DNA of 27,132 nucleotides from Candidatus Micrarchaeota archaeon (GTDB taxonomy: Archaea; B1Sed10-29; JAJSAI01), in the NCBI GenBank assembly GCA_964625085.1, contig CAZVAJ010000012.1:1-27132 (forward strand). The letters run 5' to 3'. Within the stretch, counting starts at the first letter, position 1, and the number at the start of each line of letters is the position of its first letter. Shown one piece after another: positions 24,412 through 27,132 of this stretch. The translations under genes and the position numbers were made by a program. Under the pieces are notes generated by a model, which saw nothing but the letters and a program-made list of their open reading frames with translations, was not told the origin of the DNA and made no database searches.

Positions 24412-25539
24412 TCACTCTTCCCTTATTGCTGTCACGGGCTCTATTCCTGCTGCTTTTACAGCAGGGTACACCCCTCCCATTAGAGAGATTATAATCGCCA
24501 TGAATATTCCGAACAGTGCTAGTGAAACAGAGATCTGAGTGTTAAATGACAGCAGGCTGTTCAGAACCGCATACTTAAGAAGATAGCTCATGAGTACACC
24601 TGTGAACCCGACAAGAACCCCGATCAGGACCGCCTCTTGCACCATTTCTTTTATAACATCATCTTTTGTCCAGCCCATTGCCCTGAGCACTCCTATTTCT
24701 TTTGTTCTGTCTATAACGTTCATGTACATCGTGTTCATTACTATAAGCCCGCCCACGATTATGGAAAAAGATGAGATGAGCAGGAAGAACGCGTCTAGTT
24801 GAGTGATAAGCCCGGAAACGGTTCCGGCCATTTCTGACGCGCTTTTTGCGCTAACGCCTTCTACTGACAGTTCTATTCGCCGGGCAAGCGCGTCAACTTC
24901 TGCTGGGTTCTCCGGCTCAACGTAGAAAGAAGAAACCGCGTCTTCTCCTCTCCCAGAAAGAGCTGAAGCAGTGTCCATGGGCATTATAACCGCGTTCTGG
25001 AGTATTGAAACACGGGGATCTGATATTCCGGCAATCCTGAACTTCTTTCCTGACAGTTCTATCGTGCTCCCCACTTTTTTCTCGTACTTATCAGCCAGTT
25101 TCTTTGAAATGACAACCTGACTGGAGGAGCTTGAGGCGAACATTCCTCCTGAAGTAAGGTAGTTTGAGATGAGAGGGTCGCGCATTTTTTTCTCTTCCGA
25201 AGGATCAATGCCAATAACAAAAGTAGGCCGGGTGTAACTTGTTTCTGAAAGACTTGCTGGAAATATTGTTAATGCCAGAACATCCCTGACGCCGCTGACC
25301 TTTTCTATTTCTTCTCCCGTGCTCGCGTCAAGAGAGGACATTGTGGGGCTCGAAATATCCTCTTTTGTTACTATCACCAGCTGTGTTTTCTCGAGTGAAG
25401 AAAGCACGTTCGTTCTCAGTCCTTCTGAGATTGAAAGCAGTGACACTACCCCCATTATTGCCACTGCAAGCCCGAGAACAGTAAGGCCTGTTCTTGTCTT
25501 GTTCCTGAGCAGGCTAGGCAGGGCGAAGCTGACCAGCAT
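24412..25539 (-). CDS. ABC transporter permease, MacB/FtsX family (second paralogue)
   Basis: RNKTRTGLT, MNTMYMNVIDRTKEIGVLRAMGW, YPAVKAAGIEPV. Confidence 0.93.
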   Translation of the reverse strand: MLVSFALPSLLRNKTRTGLTVLGLAVAIMGVVSLLSISEGLRTNVLSSLEKTQLVIVTKEDISSPTMSSLDASTGEEIEKVSGVRDVLALTIFPASLSETSYTRPTFVIGIDPSEEKKMRDPLISNYLTSGGMFASSSSSQVVISKKLADKYEKKVGSTIELSGKKFRIAGISDPRVSILQNAVIMPMDTASALSGRGEDAVSSFYVEPENPAEVDALARRIELSVEGVSAKSASEMAGTVSGLITQLDAFFLLISSFSIIVGGLIVMNTMYMNVIDRTKEIGVLRAMGWTKDDVIKEMVQEAVLIGVLVGFTGVLMSYLLKYAVLNSLLSFNTQISVSLALFGIFMAIIISLMGGVYPAVKAAGIEPVTAIREE

Positions 25540-26996
25540 CAGAAAACCTTCTTAAGCCACTTTTTTCTCCTCTGTTTTCGGCTGAAGTACAAAAGTGCAA
25601 ACACGATGGCGACAGCTAGGAGTATGATCATGGAATAGTCTGCGGGCGCAGGGTTAACGTACACTTCTGCAGTAAATTCTGCGGAGTGCGCTTCACCGTA
25701 CTCATCATCGTACTGGACCAGTACCTTGAGTTTTTTGTTTCCTGGTTCTGTGAACTTGGTGTCAAAAACGCCTGTGCCGGTATCATCTTTTTCCACGGTT
25801 CCTATCTCCTGCGAGCCCTGGCCTGAAAGTCCTGTGACGGTCATCCGTATGTTCCGGGCGTCTCCTGTTCCAACGTTCTCAATTTGGATTGAGAGCAGTA
25901 CTGGCTGGTTGGCGGTAATGCGGTCGACATCGTAAGAAACAGAGGATAATGAAAGCTTTGGAATACCTTTAACCAGAACTGGTATGGTGGTTTTTCTTGT
26001 AATCTGGTCTGAAGATAGTGTTACCGTAACATCGTAAGCTCCTGGACTAACGTCACGGTCAACAAAAACATGGTAGGATGCTTCTGCCGTTCCTTTTGCA
26101 GGAATTCTTTCAAAGAACTGTTCTGGTTCTTCGGTGTAGTACTTGAACTCAGGGTTTATGGTTAGGTGAACGTTTGTAAGTTCTGTTGAAAGCGGGTTCT
26201 GGAAATTGAACGACAACACTCCTTTGTTGCCTACTGCAAGACCTGAGTTCACGCTGGAAACTGTTAATCCTGACTGGCCTTTTACGAGCAGGTAAACCGG
26301 GAACTCGAAGTCCCCTGATTGAGTGGAGATCTTCAAGGTTCCTTTGTAGGTGCCTGGGGCCGCGTTCGGGGAAAGCTGCCCGGAGAACACGATCTCCCTG
26401 GACCGTTTTCCAGGTATTCCTTCTAGCACTAGCGGGTTGCTCGTGTAGAACAAGAAACCGGGGTCGTTATTCACTGACAGGACTGCTTTAATGCTTCCTG
26501 TTTGTATTGAAGCGGTGTTGTTCACATTGAACGCAAGCCTGAATTTTGAGCCCGGTTCTAGTCCTGTAAACTCTGTAGATGATATGATCAAACTGGGAGT
26601 GGAAGAAACAGGCACGCTGATCCTGAACTGCTTTTCTGCCCGGTCCCCATATTCCACGTTCCAGTTAACAACGTTTATTTCAAGAGGGTAAACGCTGGCT
26701 TCTGCGTCACTGCTCACGTTGAACGTGAACGTTACCGGAAACCTTTGGCCGGGGTCCATTCTTGGTATGACCTGTTCTTTGGTCCCTTCGGTGAAAGGGA
26801 AAACATATTCAGGAGTGAGTGTCACATTGTAGTATGAAAGTGTGCCTGTGTGCACAAGTGTTGCTTGGACCGTGACAGCACTGCCTGGGTTCGCAGGGCT
26901 TGGAATAAACTTCACGTTCCTCAGGTCAAAGCCTGCTTCTGGAAAGGCAGACGATAAAAGAGGAAAGATAAGTAAGAATAGCAAGATTTTTTTCAT
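25539..26996 (-). CDS. COG1361-like (S-layer-domain) surface protein with Ig-like repeats
   Basis: Signal peptide MKKILLFLLIFPLLSSA, repeated Ig-like units (PGTY, PGAYDV, IENVGTGDARNI, YDDEYG), C-terminal TM helix; GGTGA Shine-Dalgarno at 27002-27006 supports ATG 26996; such genes typically sit next to MacB-type ABC genes. Confidence 0.8.
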   Translation of the reverse strand: MKKILLFLLIFPLLSSAFPEAGFDLRNVKFIPSPANPGSAVTVQATLVHTGTLSYYNVTLTPEYVFPFTEGTKEQVIPRMDPGQRFPVTFTFNVSSDAEASVYPLEINVVNWNVEYGDRAEKQFRISVPVSSTPSLIISSTEFTGLEPGSKFRLAFNVNNTASIQTGSIKAVLSVNNDPGFLFYTSNPLVLEGIPGKRSREIVFSGQLSPNAAPGTYKGTLKISTQSGDFEFPVYLLVKGQSGLTVSSVNSGLAVGNKGVLSFNFQNPLSTELTNVHLTINPEFKYYTEEPEQFFERIPAKGTAEASYHVFVDRDVSPGAYDVTVTLSSDQITRKTTIPVLVKGIPKLSLSSVSYDVDRITANQPVLLSIQIENVGTGDARNIRMTVTGLSGQGSQEIGTVEKDDTGTGVFDTKFTEPGNKKLKVLVQYDDEYGEAHSAEFTAEVYVNPAPADYSMIILLAVAIVFALLYFSRKQRRKKWLKKVF

Positions 26997-27030
26997 GTTT
27001 TTCACCAGTTGCAAAAAAAGGGTGAAAGAG

Positions 27031-27039
27031 TATATAAAA
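27031..27039. promoter_or_regulatory. Candidate TATA box between divergent genes
   Basis: TATATAAAA (+) / TTTTATATA (-) in the intergenic region. Confidence 0.45.
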
Positions 27040-27089
27040 GTTGCGTGCCTGTAGAAACAACAGCATGAACCGCTTTTAGGAGAAGCGTT

Positions 27090-27132
27090 ATGGGGTTCAA
27101 AGAAAAGCGTGAAACGCTTGTTTCACTGCTTG
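27090..27132 (+). CDS. Possible 5' start of a gene leaving the window
   Basis: AGGAG about 7 nt upstream of ATG 27090; frame is open (MGFKEKRETLVSLL) to the edge. Confidence 0.35.
   Translation, partial: MGFKEKRETLVSLL

Noticed and set aside
22856..24687. Identical 20-nt sequence GTCCAGCCCATTGCCCTGAG at 22856-22875 and 24668-24687
   Set aside because: It encodes the conserved LRAMGWT motif of two paralogous permeases, so it is not a mobile-element or regulatory repeat.
144..27054. Many antisense or alternate-frame ORFs in the track (e.g. 10164-10964 +, 12515-13135 +, 14918-15469 +, 15736-16383 +, 7203-7769 -)
   Set aside because: They lie within confidently identified genes, are S/F/L-rich mirror translations, and show no motifs.
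27065..27079. Four-codon upstream ORF (MNRF) before the edge gene
   Set aside because: Too short to distinguish from chance, and the downstream gene is itself uncertain.

Overview
Gene-dense archaeal chromosomal segment made mostly of housekeeping genes; no mobile element, CRISPR array or rRNA was seen. From left to right: three secreted or surface proteins (one with Cys-rich repeats); a minus-strand run of an orphan PD-(D/E)xK-like nuclease, RPA, RadA and a ferredoxin; an MBL-fold hydrolase, the archaeal lipid genes G1PDH (egsA) and GGGP synthase, and an MgtC/DUF4010 membrane protein; a long minus-strand translation and secretion cluster (Rpp21, two membrane proteins, S19e, PDCD5-like, L39e, L31e, aIF6, prefoldin alpha, FtsY, SRP54, an orphan HExxH protein, TrmY, Pus10, prepilin peptidase); a transglutaminase-like surface protein; tRNA-Phe(GAA); a KaiC-like three-gene module; and a COG1361 plus MacB-type ABC module. 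The most notable points are (1) a 42-nt non-canonical intron at T-loop position 59/60 of tRNA-Phe with a relaxed bulge-helix-bulge, (2) S19e carrying a 63-aa histone-H1-like basic tail encoded in a 179-nt same-strand overlap with the PDCD5-like gene, and (3) two basic orphan enzymes, each with its own candidate promoter, sitting in conserved gene neighbourhoods. The compact layout and divergent proteins suggest a DPANN-like lineage, but that is inference only. All product calls come from motif recognition by eye; no searches were run.
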